Below are positions 10,032 through 19,499 of a stretch of 64,000 nucleotides of DNA, one piece after another; within the stretch, counting starts at the first letter, position 1, and each line of letters opens with the position of its first letter. The stretch is from positions 33,649 to 97,648 of the forward strand of contig JBFMCP010000006.1 in NCBI GenBank assembly GCA_040754455.1. Direction: 5' to 3'. Under the pieces are notes generated by a model. It did no database searches, was not told the DNA's origin, and saw only the letters and a list, made by a program, of their open reading frames with translations. Position numbers and translations under genes: made by a program. This DNA is from Nitrospirota bacterium (lineage in GTDB: Bacteria; Nitrospirota; Thermodesulfovibrionia; Thermodesulfovibrionales; Dissulfurispiraceae).

Positions 10032-11192
10032 TTATATCATAATATCATATGCATAGCAGCGGTAGAGGTCCCGCTTCAGTGATATTTCATTGCCTTCCGT
10101 TCCCGTCCCCGCCCTGAACCGGCAGCCCCCGCGACAAAGGTGCATTACCTCACAATCCAGTGCGGCGCATTCAAGATCGTCAATCCGTACTGGTTTCATT
10201 CTGGTCCAACTCGTCCTCAGCCCTTCCCGTATCGTGCCTATCGGTGCAGTGGCATAAAAGGCGCATTTGCTTATGCGTCCGTCGGCGAGCACTGACATCA
10301 AATGATGTCCGCAGGCATATCCGTCTCCTCCTCCATGCAGGCCGCTGCCGAACCCATACCGCAGGTACCTTCCGGCCCTTTCCGGACTCACCTGCAGAAG
10401 GGGGTTACATAGCAAATTACCCGCAGCGCAGGGCACATCGACAGTCCACTCCCTGATGCCCATCTCCTTGAAGAGCACTTCCATTGCATCGAATTCACCG
10501 AGGTTCTCCCGATGCACCATGGTGGCAATGGATACCGCTATTCCCGTATTCAGCACCCTCTTGACCCGCTCCATCACCCGTTTGTAGGTCCCCCTCCCTC
10601 TGAGCGCATCATGACCGCGCTCCAGGCCGTCAACGCTGAATTGCACTTCTTGCACGTTCAATGTTTCCAGTATTTCATCATGCAGCATGAGACCATTGGT
10701 GAAGAGTATCTTCCTGAACCGGTATCGGGGCAGCAGCTCATTGAGCGCTGCAAAGCGGCGGTGCATCAGCGGCTCGCCGCCGGTGATCAGGAGGCGGAGG
10801 CCCTGCATCTCCTCGAACTCATCGAGAATTGTCGCGATGCTTTCGATTGACAACTCGTTGTCGCGTGCCGCCCCGAGGTAACAATGTCTGCAGGAGAGGT
10901 TGCAGCGGTCGGTAATCTGCAATTCGAGATACCGCAAAGAGGGAACCGGTGCTGCTCCAAACGGAGGCCGTTCCGCTGAAACAGCCTCCGTTGTCAGAAT
11001 GCCTTCTGAAAGGCAAGAGCCGATAAAGTCTTTTTCAACTCCCGCGCCGCTGCATCCATCGTGAGCTGCACAGCACTGGAGGAACGAAAAGGCCTCTTCG
11101 TCAAGTTCATAAAGCTCATCATTGACCATATCATACACGGCAAAGGTTTCGAGCCGCTTCAGAACAAACCTGTCGGAGAGATAATAGCGCAT
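10032..11192 (-). CDS. Radical SAM/SPASM domain protein with RRE(PqqD)-like N-terminal extension
   Basis: CNLSCRHC (CxxxCxxC), TGGEP, C-x10-G-x4-C ... C-x4-C-x5-C-x3-C ... C; ~85-aa N-terminal extension. Confidence 0.88.
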   Translation of the reverse strand: MRYYLSDRFVLKRLETFAVYDMVNDELYELDEEAFSFLQCCAAHDGCSGAGVEKDFIGSCLSEGILTTEAVSAERPPFGAAPVPSLRYLELQITDRCNLSCRHCYLGAARDNELSIESIATILDEFEEMQGLRLLITGGEPLMHRRFAALNELLPRYRFRKILFTNGLMLHDEILETLNVQEVQFSVDGLERGHDALRGRGTYKRVMERVKRVLNTGIAVSIATMVHRENLGEFDAMEVLFKEMGIREWTVDVPCAAGNLLCNPLLQVSPERAGRYLRYGFGSGLHGGGDGYACGHHLMSVLADGRISKCAFYATAPIGTIREGLRTSWTRMKPVRIDDLECAALDCEVMHLCRGGCRFRAGTGTEGNEISLKRDLYRCYAYDIMI

Positions 11193-11231
11193 ACCTTATT
11201 TTACAACAGCCATGTCTTGTTATAATTAACA

Positions 11232-11666
11232 ATGCACTATTTAGAACATCCGCTACCATCACTGCCGCGACTGCGAGGCCATCATCTCATCTGTCTTCAT
11301 TTCTATCGCGGTGAGGGGTACAACGAGGCATTTATCGCCAATCTAGAGAGTGTTTTAGAGAGAGCAGAAGAGTATGGTGTCGAGGTCTGTCGCGGGACAG
11401 ACGACGTCTGCTGTGCCTGTCCCTCTCGCGATCTCAACCGCTGCGCCCATACCGAGCATGCCGAAGAAGAGATACAGGCAATGGATGATCGCGCACTGCA
11501 TCTATTAGGGGTGCGGCATGGGCAAACAGTGCAGTGGGGGGCGGTCAGAAAAAGACTCTCCGGCCTCTTCTCCGAATGGTATGCGGCATGCTGTGATGGA
11601 TGCAATTGGAAAAGGGCGTGCGAGAAAAACGACCTTTACCGGGATCTTTCTGCTAAAACAGCATAA
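11232..11666 (+). CDS. DUF1284 family Cys-rich protein
   Basis: LRGHHLICLHFYRGEGY, DDVCCACP, CCDGCNW motifs. Confidence 0.8.
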   Translation: MHYLEHPLPSLPRLRGHHLICLHFYRGEGYNEAFIANLESVLERAEEYGVEVCRGTDDVCCACPSRDLNRCAHTEHAEEEIQAMDDRALHLLGVRHGQTVQWGAVRKRLSGLFSEWYAACCDGCNWKRACEKNDLYRDLSAKTA

Positions 11667-13746
11667 GATTTTGGTACAGGGGCCACTCATCGATGGTCAG
11701 CACCTCCACACGATTCTTGCCCCTTCCCTTTGCCTGATAGAGCGCATCGTCTGCCCTCTTTATAAAACTGTCTGCGATGTCATTTTCATTGAGCTCGGTC
11801 ACTCCTATGCTTACGGTGACCTCTCCGACGGCACTGAAGAACTGGCTCTCGATCTCTTTTCTTATCTTCTCCGCCAGCCACACCGCTCCCTCAAGCTCTG
11901 TTTCCGGAGCAAGCAGGATGAATTCCTCACCGCCGAATCGTGCAAAGACATCGGTACTCCGTATGTTCCTGCTTACAATATTGGTGGCCGTCACCAGCAC
12001 CGCGTCCCCCATGGCGTGTCCGAAGGTATCATTCACCTTTTTGAAATCATCGATATCGAAGAGGATGAGTGAAAGGGGAATTTTATACCGTGCGGACCGC
12101 TGCAGCTCTCTCTCGAGAACCTCGTAGAACTTCCTCCGGTTGTAGATGTTGGTGAGGGTATCCCGCTCTGCAAGGTCCCTCAACTTCTCCTCCATCATTT
12201 TACGTTCCGTAACATCACGGAAGATAGCGCGCGTGGCAAAAGGTTTGCCGTTTACAAAATTGCAATTAACGCTCCCCTCCACCGTCATTGTCCTTCCCTC
12301 TTTCGTCACAAACACCACTTCAACCTTATCGATAACCTCTCCCGCCATCACGCGTTGGAACATTTCGCCACAGTGGGCATGACAGTCGGGATGAATGATA
12401 TTAAAGATGGTGAGTTTCGAAACTTCCTCCTCGGTATAGCCCAGAGCTTTCCGCCACGCATTGTTTACATACTGGAACGTCCCGTCGGGGGCGACGCTCT
12501 GGATGAGGTCGTTGGCGTTCTCGAAAAGGTCGCGGTATCGTTCTTCGCTCTCCCTCAATGCCTCTTCAGCCCATGTCCTGACAATGATCTCCTGCCGCAG
12601 GTCCGCATTCACCCGTTCGAGCTCCGCCGTCCGCTCCATGACCCGCTCTTCGAGCTCGTGCCGTGCCTGTTCCAATGCCGCCCGGGAGATGCTCAGCCGC
12701 CGGTTCAGCTTCATCACATAGGTCGTCGTTATCGCCATGAGTGTTACCGCTGCAGCCGCCAGAGCAAACCAGTACCAGTATGCCCTGAGAAGTTCGGCGG
12801 CCGTAATCTTCCCGGAATCCTTATAAATACCGACCTTGAGCTCTTTCAGACATTCGTGTACCGGCTGATAATCAAGGGGGATGGTCCAGCCTGCACTGCC
12901 GGCCGCCCGTGCCGCACGGCTATTACGGGGCATGTTCAAAAGCGCAATCGTCACCTTTCTCGCATTCTCCTCTGAGGTGTGCCGCACTCTCGCAATCGGC
13001 CATTCCGGATAAAGAGATGTACTGTGCAGGAAGAGAAATTCCTCATTGTACTGACGGTTGAGGATACGGAAATCGTCAAGGTCGATTTTTCCTTCCTGGA
13101 CCATCCGTTCGAGGATGCAGGTGCGAACCGTCCCGGCATCGACCTTACCGTCCCTTACCGCAAAAACAACGGCATCATGCGTGCCGCCGAATTCGAGCTT
13201 CTTGAAATCTTTGTAGGGGTCGATTCCTTTTCGCTTCAGCTCGCGCAGGGCCATCCACCACCCCCCGAGGGAATTCTCCTCGACCGCCATAAAGGAGGCA
13301 TTCGCCAGATCAGTCAGCTCCCTGATATCCTCTCGATCGGCACGGGTGAAAATGACGCCGCCGTATTGCGTGTAGCTGCTCCCGTATGCATAGTTCCTCA
13401 ACGTGGCTATTCTGTTGACGCCATACAGCTTCTCCATCTCAACATAATCGGCGGGGTTGGTGATGATGAAATCGACCCCTCCCTGTTTCACGACGTGTCT
13501 GATTTCATTGAAAGTGAGAGGGACAATGGTAAACGAATGCTCCGGTATCTGCCGGGAGAGATAGGCAGCAGTGGGATCCCACATCGTGCGTGCGGCTGCA
13601 GTGCCCCTGTAGGCGAGCACACCGATCCTGATTTCCTGCTTCGGCTGAGACAATACATCGCCGCAGAGCATAAGAGAGACGAGGAGGACCGCTCCTATGA
13701 ATGTGCATGCGTGCGTTCTCTCGCAGAATTTCGTTACACAGCTCAT
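11653..13746 (-). CDS. Diguanylate cyclase: periplasmic PhnD/TtrS-like binding domain, TM helix, PAS, GGDEF
   Basis: IGVLAYRG...WDPTAAYL periplasmic domain; TM helix; PAS (EERYRDLFENAND); DTLTNIYNRR, DIDDFKKVNDTFGH, RFGGEEF. Confidence 0.9.
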   Translation of the reverse strand: MSCVTKFCERTHACTFIGAVLLVSLMLCGDVLSQPKQEIRIGVLAYRGTAAARTMWDPTAAYLSRQIPEHSFTIVPLTFNEIRHVVKQGGVDFIITNPADYVEMEKLYGVNRIATLRNYAYGSSYTQYGGVIFTRADREDIRELTDLANASFMAVEENSLGGWWMALRELKRKGIDPYKDFKKLEFGGTHDAVVFAVRDGKVDAGTVRTCILERMVQEGKIDLDDFRILNRQYNEEFLFLHSTSLYPEWPIARVRHTSEENARKVTIALLNMPRNSRAARAAGSAGWTIPLDYQPVHECLKELKVGIYKDSGKITAAELLRAYWYWFALAAAAVTLMAITTTYVMKLNRRLSISRAALEQARHELEERVMERTAELERVNADLRQEIIVRTWAEEALRESEERYRDLFENANDLIQSVAPDGTFQYVNNAWRKALGYTEEEVSKLTIFNIIHPDCHAHCGEMFQRVMAGEVIDKVEVVFVTKEGRTMTVEGSVNCNFVNGKPFATRAIFRDVTERKMMEEKLRDLAERDTLTNIYNRRKFYEVLERELQRSARYKIPLSLILFDIDDFKKVNDTFGHAMGDAVLVTATNIVSRNIRSTDVFARFGGEEFILLAPETELEGAVWLAEKIRKEIESQFFSAVGEVTVSIGVTELNENDIADSFIKRADDALYQAKGRGKNRVEVLTIDEWPLYQNLMLF

Positions 13747-13953
13747 AGCGTACGTGATTCCTCCCCTTGGATGTCCTGTCCTGAAACAAGCATCAACGGC
13801 TCCTCAACGCTGCATATGCGCTCATGTCGCTCTCGAGCATTCTGCGACTGGCTTAGCTTATCAAAAACGCTGCGTGCAGCGAAAGACATTTTCGTCCCTG
13901 AAAAGCCTTTTTTTGTTATTCGTGATGTACATCACAAGGACTCCGGACTGCGT

Positions 13954-15105
13954 TTATTCGGGAGTCCTTTCCCTTCGTGCCTTGAAATAGTCCAGAAAGG
14001 CTTTTACCACCGCCGGATCGAACTGTCTCCCGGAATGCTTCTGCAGTTCTGCAAGTGCATTCTCCCAGCTCAGCCCTTTCCGGTACGGCCTGTTGGTCGT
14101 CATTGCATCAAAGGCATCGGCCACGGCAACGATGCGCGCCAGAAGGGGAATCGCCTCCCCCTTCAAACCCTCGGGATACCCGGAGCCGTCGTACCGCTCA
14201 TGATGATATTTTATGCCGGGAATGACTCCCCTGAGCTTCTTGATCCGGGAGAGGACAGCGGCACCGAATTCAGGATGTTTCCGCATCTCGCCGAACTCCT
14301 CGGAAGTAAGTCTGCCCGGGTTCAGCAATATGGTATCCCTGACGCCTATCTTCCCGATATCGTGCAGTATTGCGGCAAGCCGCAGCCTGACCATCTCTCT
14401 TCTGGTCAAGCCTATTCGCCTGCCAATGGCCAGACTATACTCCATAACCCGCCGCGTATGCCCGCCGGTATAGGGATCTCTCATTTCTATGGTCTCGGCC
14501 AGGGCCTGCATGGTGTTATAGAATGTCTCGTTCAGCTCGTCACGGAGCCGCGTATTTTCCACAGCAATGGCGACCTGATTTGAGAATGAGACCATCAGCA
14601 CCATATCCTCAGAAGTAAACATCCCGCTCTTCTTGTTGATTACCTGGAGCACCCCGAGAAGCTTATTGCGGGCGGTTACCGGAACGCAGACCATATTTCT
14701 GGTTTTAAATCCGCTCCGTTCATCGACCTTTTTGAAAAATCGGGGGTCGTTTTCGGCATCTTCTACAATCAAGGGAAGCTGGTTCTCTGCAACCCATCCA
14801 GCGATGCCCTGCCCTTTCTTCAGCCGGACCGTCTTGACCACGTCGCCCCGCTTACCGCTCGCCACATCGAAATAGAGATCACCGGTGCTTCCGTCGACAA
14901 AGAGCAGGCTGCCGGCTTCGGCATCAGTCATGCGCATAGCGGATTCAATAGCACGCCGCTTGATTTCATCGATATCGAGGGCTGAATTGATAAGCGTCGT
15001 AAGCTCCACAAAGGCATCAAGGTGATTTGCCTTATGGGGATATGTATATGCGCTATATCCCTTAGCGCCCACGCCTGCCGCCTCCTCTGCGGTCAACAGG
15101 CGCAT
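13954..15105 (-). CDS. GAF + HD-GYP cyclic dinucleotide phosphodiesterase
   Basis: GAF (GQGIAGWV), RDPYTGGH, LHDIGK, HHERYDGSGYP, DAFDAMTTNRPY. Confidence 0.92.
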   Translation of the reverse strand: MRLLTAEEAAGVGAKGYSAYTYPHKANHLDAFVELTTLINSALDIDEIKRRAIESAMRMTDAEAGSLLFVDGSTGDLYFDVASGKRGDVVKTVRLKKGQGIAGWVAENQLPLIVEDAENDPRFFKKVDERSGFKTRNMVCVPVTARNKLLGVLQVINKKSGMFTSEDMVLMVSFSNQVAIAVENTRLRDELNETFYNTMQALAETIEMRDPYTGGHTRRVMEYSLAIGRRIGLTRREMVRLRLAAILHDIGKIGVRDTILLNPGRLTSEEFGEMRKHPEFGAAVLSRIKKLRGVIPGIKYHHERYDGSGYPEGLKGEAIPLLARIVAVADAFDAMTTNRPYRKGLSWENALAELQKHSGRQFDPAVVKAFLDYFKARRERTPE

Positions 15106-15323
15106 TCAGCCTGTTTTCAACAGCTTCCATCCTTATAATTATCGACGTCTTCCCCCGAACACTTAAGATGACCGCTGCATTGGTTGAGCGGAAAGCCCGC
15201 TGTTCTGCCGACAGCGGAAAAGGGTATTTTCCTTTCTAATTGAGCAACTTGCCACGTCATTTCATATAATAAGTCGGTCTGTAGTATAATTCAGGATGTA
15301 TTTTCTCAGGAGAGGACCCGAAC

Positions 15324-17891
15324 GTGTCTGAACTTACCCCCTTAATGAAGCAGTATTTCAGCATCAAGGAGAAGTACCACGATGCCATTGTGCTCTTCAG
15401 GCTGGGTGATTTCTATGAAATGTTCGGAGAAGACGCAAAGACCGCCTCCAGAATACTGCAGATAGCCCTAACCAGCAGGGACAAGAGCAAGGACGACCCT
15501 CTTCCCATGTGCGGCGTCCCCTACTTTTCAGTGGATACCTATATTTCGAAGCTCATCAAAGCGGGCCGCAAGGTCGCCATCTGCGAGCAGGTCGAAGATC
15601 CCAAGCTTGCAAAAGGCATTGTCCAGAGGGAGGTCGTAAAAGTCATCACCCCCGGCACCCATGTCCCTGAGCAGCCGAAAGAGAATGCCTATATTATGAG
15701 CATTTTCTCCTATCAGGGGACGAGCGGCATCACCCTTGCCGACCTCTCGACCGGCGCCTTCATTCTTTACGAAACCGAACGGCCGATCGAGGATGAAATC
15801 GGGCGCTGTGAACCGCGGGAAATCCTCTGTCCCCGGAGTGCAAAAGACAATCTCCATTATCAGGAGGCCTTCAGGGGGCTCTTTGTATCCTATTATGACG
15901 ACTGGTATTTCGATTATCCCGAAGCGTACAAGACGCTCCTCAAATATTTCAAGGTATCTTCCCTTGACGGCTACGGCTGCAGCGGGCTCACCACTGCTCT
16001 TTCCGCTGCCGGGGCATTGATCAGCTATCTTGAAGAGACGCAGCGGGTGCTTTCGTTCAAAAAGATCTCGGTCCTGAACCAGTCATTCTACATGTTCCTG
16101 GATACCGCAACAAAGAGAAATCTCGAGCTCACCCATAACCTGCGGGACGGCGCAGTCGAGGGGTCACTGCTCTGGGTGCTGGACGAAACTCTTACTCCCA
16201 TGGGAGGCCGGTTTCTGAGAGACGCAGTGACGATGCCCCTGCTCTCCACGGATGAGATCAGGCAGCGTCAGGACGCGGTTGAGGCGCTTATCGAGGATTA
16301 TGAGTTGATGGAGGACCTCAGGACCGTCCTCAGAAAGATTCAGGACATCGACCGCCTCACCTCTCGCGTCATTTCCCGGTCAGCCGGCCCAAGGGATGTC
16401 GTGGCATTAAAGACCACGGTTGTCCATCTCCCCGATATAAAAAAATACCTGATCGCCTCGTCGAACCCTTTTATCAAGGAAACAGGAAAGAATATCGGCG
16501 AGTTCAAAGAGCTGGAAGAGCTGATCAGCGCAAGCATTGTCGATAATCCTCCGGTCAATCCCCGGGACGGCGGCATCATTAAAAAGGGGTATAACAGGGA
16601 GATCGATGAGCTCAGGGATATCTCTACCAGCGGCAAGGATTTCATCGCACGCCTTGAGGCTGATGAAAAACAGAGGACCGGTATCCCTTCCCTGAAGGTG
16701 GGATTCAACAAGGTCTTCGGTTATTACATCGAAGTGACCAAGCCCAATCTCCATCTCGTCCCTGATGATTATATAAGGAAACAGACCCTCGCCAATTGCG
16801 AGCGGTTCATCACTCCTGACCTGAAGGAGTATGAGACCAAAGTACTGGGAGCCGAGGACCGGCTTCGGGAGCTTGAATACGAGCTCTTTCAGAATATCCT
16901 CGAAAAGATGCAGAAGCACACCGCGGCGCTCCTCGCTACTGCAGCACAGATCGCGCTCGTCGATTTCCTGCTCTCGCTGGCAGTGGTCGCCAAACGGTAC
17001 GATTACGTAAAGCCCGCAATCCATGATGACGGCATGCTCGAAATAATTGAGGGAAGGCATCCTGTCATCGAGCGGCTCATCACAACACGCAGCAGTGCCG
17101 CTATGGACGAGAAGTTCATTCCCAACAATACCGTGATGGATTACGAGGACAACAGGCTCCTGATCATCACCGGCCCCAACATGGCGGGTAAGTCCACCTA
17201 CATGCGTCAGGTCGCCCTTATCGTGCTGATGGCGCAGATCGGTTCCTTTGTCCCTGCGACACGGGCCGGCATCGGCATCGCAGACCGGATCTTTACCCGC
17301 ATCGGTGCATCGGATTTCATCACCAAAGGGCAGAGCACCTTCATGGTAGAGATGATCGAGACTGCCAATATCCTCAATAACGCCACAGGGAAGAGCCTGA
17401 TCCTCCTCGATGAAGTGGGAAGGGGTACGAGCACCTTCGACGGAATCAGCATCGCCTGGTCCGTAGCGGAATACCTTGCGAATACCCTTAAGGCACGCAC
17501 GCTCTTTGCCACCCATTACAATGAGCTGACCGATCTCTCGTTAAACATCGAAGGGGTTAAAAACTATAATGTGGTGGTCAAGGAATGGGGAGACGAGGTC
17601 ATATTCCTGAGAAAGATCGAGAAGGGACCGGCCGACAAGAGCTACGGCATACAGGTCGCCCGCCTCGCCGGCCTTCCCGAAGGTGTCATCGAACGGGCAA
17701 AAGTCGTGCTCGATAAACTCGAGAAGAAAGAGGCCAGGACCTTGATGCCGAGACATGCACAGATGGACCTTTTCACGACCGGCGACCCTGTCACCCAGGA
17801 ATTGCTTATGATCGACATGGAAACGATGACGCCGCAGAAGGCGCTCAAGACACTGGCTGCCCTGAAGAAGAAAGCTGAAGGGGCGCTATGA
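15324..17891 (+). CDS. mutS: DNA mismatch repair protein MutS
   Basis: TPLMKQY, FRLGDFYEMF, TGPNMAGKST, STFMVEM, DEVGRGT, SYGIQVA. Confidence 0.98.
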   Translation: MSELTPLMKQYFSIKEKYHDAIVLFRLGDFYEMFGEDAKTASRILQIALTSRDKSKDDPLPMCGVPYFSVDTYISKLIKAGRKVAICEQVEDPKLAKGIVQREVVKVITPGTHVPEQPKENAYIMSIFSYQGTSGITLADLSTGAFILYETERPIEDEIGRCEPREILCPRSAKDNLHYQEAFRGLFVSYYDDWYFDYPEAYKTLLKYFKVSSLDGYGCSGLTTALSAAGALISYLEETQRVLSFKKISVLNQSFYMFLDTATKRNLELTHNLRDGAVEGSLLWVLDETLTPMGGRFLRDAVTMPLLSTDEIRQRQDAVEALIEDYELMEDLRTVLRKIQDIDRLTSRVISRSAGPRDVVALKTTVVHLPDIKKYLIASSNPFIKETGKNIGEFKELEELISASIVDNPPVNPRDGGIIKKGYNREIDELRDISTSGKDFIARLEADEKQRTGIPSLKVGFNKVFGYYIEVTKPNLHLVPDDYIRKQTLANCERFITPDLKEYETKVLGAEDRLRELEYELFQNILEKMQKHTAALLATAAQIALVDFLLSLAVVAKRYDYVKPAIHDDGMLEIIEGRHPVIERLITTRSSAAMDEKFIPNNTVMDYEDNRLLIITGPNMAGKSTYMRQVALIVLMAQIGSFVPATRAGIGIADRIFTRIGASDFITKGQSTFMVEMIETANILNNATGKSLILLDEVGRGTSTFDGISIAWSVAEYLANTLKARTLFATHYNELTDLSLNIEGVKNYNVVVKEWGDEVIFLRKIEKGPADKSYGIQVARLAGLPEGVIERAKVVLDKLEKKEARTLMPRHAQMDLFTTGDPVTQELLMIDMETMTPQKALKTLAALKKKAEGAL

Positions 17892-18496
17892 TCGTGGTCG
17901 GGCTCACAGGCAATTACGGAATGGGGAAAAGCACCGTGGCCGGAATGTTCAAGGAAGCCGGTGCGCTCACGATCGATACCGACGAGATTGTTAAGGAGCT
18001 CCTTCGCGAGCCTGCGGTGATCAATGAGATAAAAAACGCTTTTGGCGAGGATGTCGTGGCAAACAATGTCATCAACAAAAAGAAGCTTGCTGATATCGTC
18101 TTCCAGAACCCCCATCTCCGTATCAGCCTCGAGAACATCCTTCATCCCAAAGTCTTCGAAGAAGTCAATAAACGGCTCTCCCGCATTCATTCGGGAGATG
18201 CAGCTGTTGTGATTATAGAGGCACCGGTGCTCTTCGAAAGGGGATACCAGAACAGATTCGATAAGATTATTACGGTCTTCGCCTCGGAAGAGGTGACACT
18301 GAAACGACTTAAGGCAAAAGGAATTCCCGAGGAGGAAGCGCTGCGGCGATTGAAGAGCCAGTTCCCGAGCGGGATGAAGATCGGCAAGTCGGACTTTACC
18401 ATAGATAACAGCGGCGATCCTGAGGAGACGAGAAAACAGGTTGAAACAGTATACGAGGAGCTCGCAGCAATGGAACGAAGACATGGAAATAATTAA
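17888..18496 (+). CDS. coaE: Dephospho-CoA kinase
   Basis: VGLTGNYGMGKST, LENILHP, EAPVLFE. Confidence 0.92.
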   Translation: MIVVGLTGNYGMGKSTVAGMFKEAGALTIDTDEIVKELLREPAVINEIKNAFGEDVVANNVINKKKLADIVFQNPHLRISLENILHPKVFEEVNKRLSRIHSGDAAVVIIEAPVLFERGYQNRFDKIITVFASEEVTLKRLKAKGIPEEEALRRLKSQFPSGMKIGKSDFTIDNSGDPEETRKQVETVYEELAAMERRHGNN

Positions 18497-19499
18497 GCAC
18501 CTGGACACCTTGGCGTCCTATCCCAACCCTGTCGTCACCATCGGAAACTTTGATGGAGTGCATCGGGGACACCAGAAGATCTTTTCCCGGGTCGTTCAAA
18601 AGGCGAAGGAGATCAACGGCACTCCCATTGCAATCACGTTCAATCCCCATCCGGTGCGTGTCCTGGCTCCCGAGAGGGGCATGAAGATGATCAACACCAT
18701 CGATGATAAGCGCTCGTTGATCGCCCGCATGGGAATCAAGGTCCTCATCTGCATCAATTTTGACAAGGAGTTCGCCAGAACGGAGCCTGATGAATTTATC
18801 AAAAATGTCCTTGTCGGGAAACTCCATACCCGCTGGGTGATCGTCGGCCACAGCTACTCTTTCGGGAAAGGGAAGAAAGGGACCACCGCGCTGCTCAGGG
18901 CACGGGGGAAGAAGTACGGATTCAAGGTCAGTGTGGTGCGGTATGCTGAATTCCATGGAGAGAAGGTAAGCAGCAGCAGGATACGAAGCGCAATCTTGCG
19001 TGGCAAGGTATGCGAGGCTTCCCAGATGCTCGGCCGCGCCTATCATATCAACGGCACGGTCATCAAAGGCGCCGGAAGAGGATGCCCGCTACTCCATACC
19101 CCCACAGCAAACCTGAGCACCCCCAATGAGCTCATCCCGAAAGAGGGCGTTTATGCGGTGAGAGTATCATTTCCGGAGTCGGAGCACCGATTCCCCCATT
19201 CACCGGTTCACCCATTCACCGATTTTCCGATTCACCGGTTCACCGATGTGCCGGTGTACGACGGGATAGCGAATATAGGGAACAATCCTACCTTTGAGAA
19301 TGCCGCAATGAGCTATGAGGTGCACCTGTTTGATTTCAATAAAAATATCGTAGGAGAACGGCTGAGGGTACATTTCATCGAGCGCATCAGGGACGAGAAA
19401 AAGTTCTCGAGCGTCAAAGAGCTCGAAATGCATATACATAATGATATAGAAAAAGCAAAGGCTATCCTGTCGAAAAAAAAGGACCCGCTATATCTTTAG
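18483..19499 (+). CDS. ribF: Bifunctional riboflavin kinase/FAD synthetase carrying a 24-aa repeat-derived insertion
   Basis: TIGNFDGVHRGH, VSSSRIR, PTANL, NIGNNPTF, EVHLFDF, RDEKKF. Confidence 0.95.
   Translation: MEIIKHLDTLASYPNPVVTIGNFDGVHRGHQKIFSRVVQKAKEINGTPIAITFNPHPVRVLAPERGMKMINTIDDKRSLIARMGIKVLICINFDKEFARTEPDEFIKNVLVGKLHTRWVIVGHSYSFGKGKKGTTALLRARGKKYGFKVSVVRYAEFHGEKVSSSRIRSAILRGKVCEASQMLGRAYHINGTVIKGAGRGCPLLHTPTANLSTPNELIPKEGVYAVRVSFPESEHRFPHSPVHPFTDFPIHRFTDVPVYDGIANIGNNPTFENAAMSYEVHLFDFNKNIVGERLRVHFIERIRDEKKFSSVKELEMHIHNDIEKAKAILSKKKDPLYL
19184..19255 (+). repeat. Nine-unit octamer tandem repeat (TCACCGAT consensus) inside ribF
   Basis: gcaccgat tcccccat tcaccggt tcacccat tcaccgat tttccgat tcaccggt tcaccgat gtgccggt = 72 nt. 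Confidence 0.85.

Noticed and set aside
13750..13950. Possible c-di-GMP riboswitch upstream of the cyclase
   Set aside because: Small hairpins are present, but the conserved class I core could not be matched by eye; needs an Rfam scan
12979..14583. 534-aa plus-strand ORF
   Set aside because: Antisense shadow over the cyclase and HD-GYP genes; no recognisable motifs
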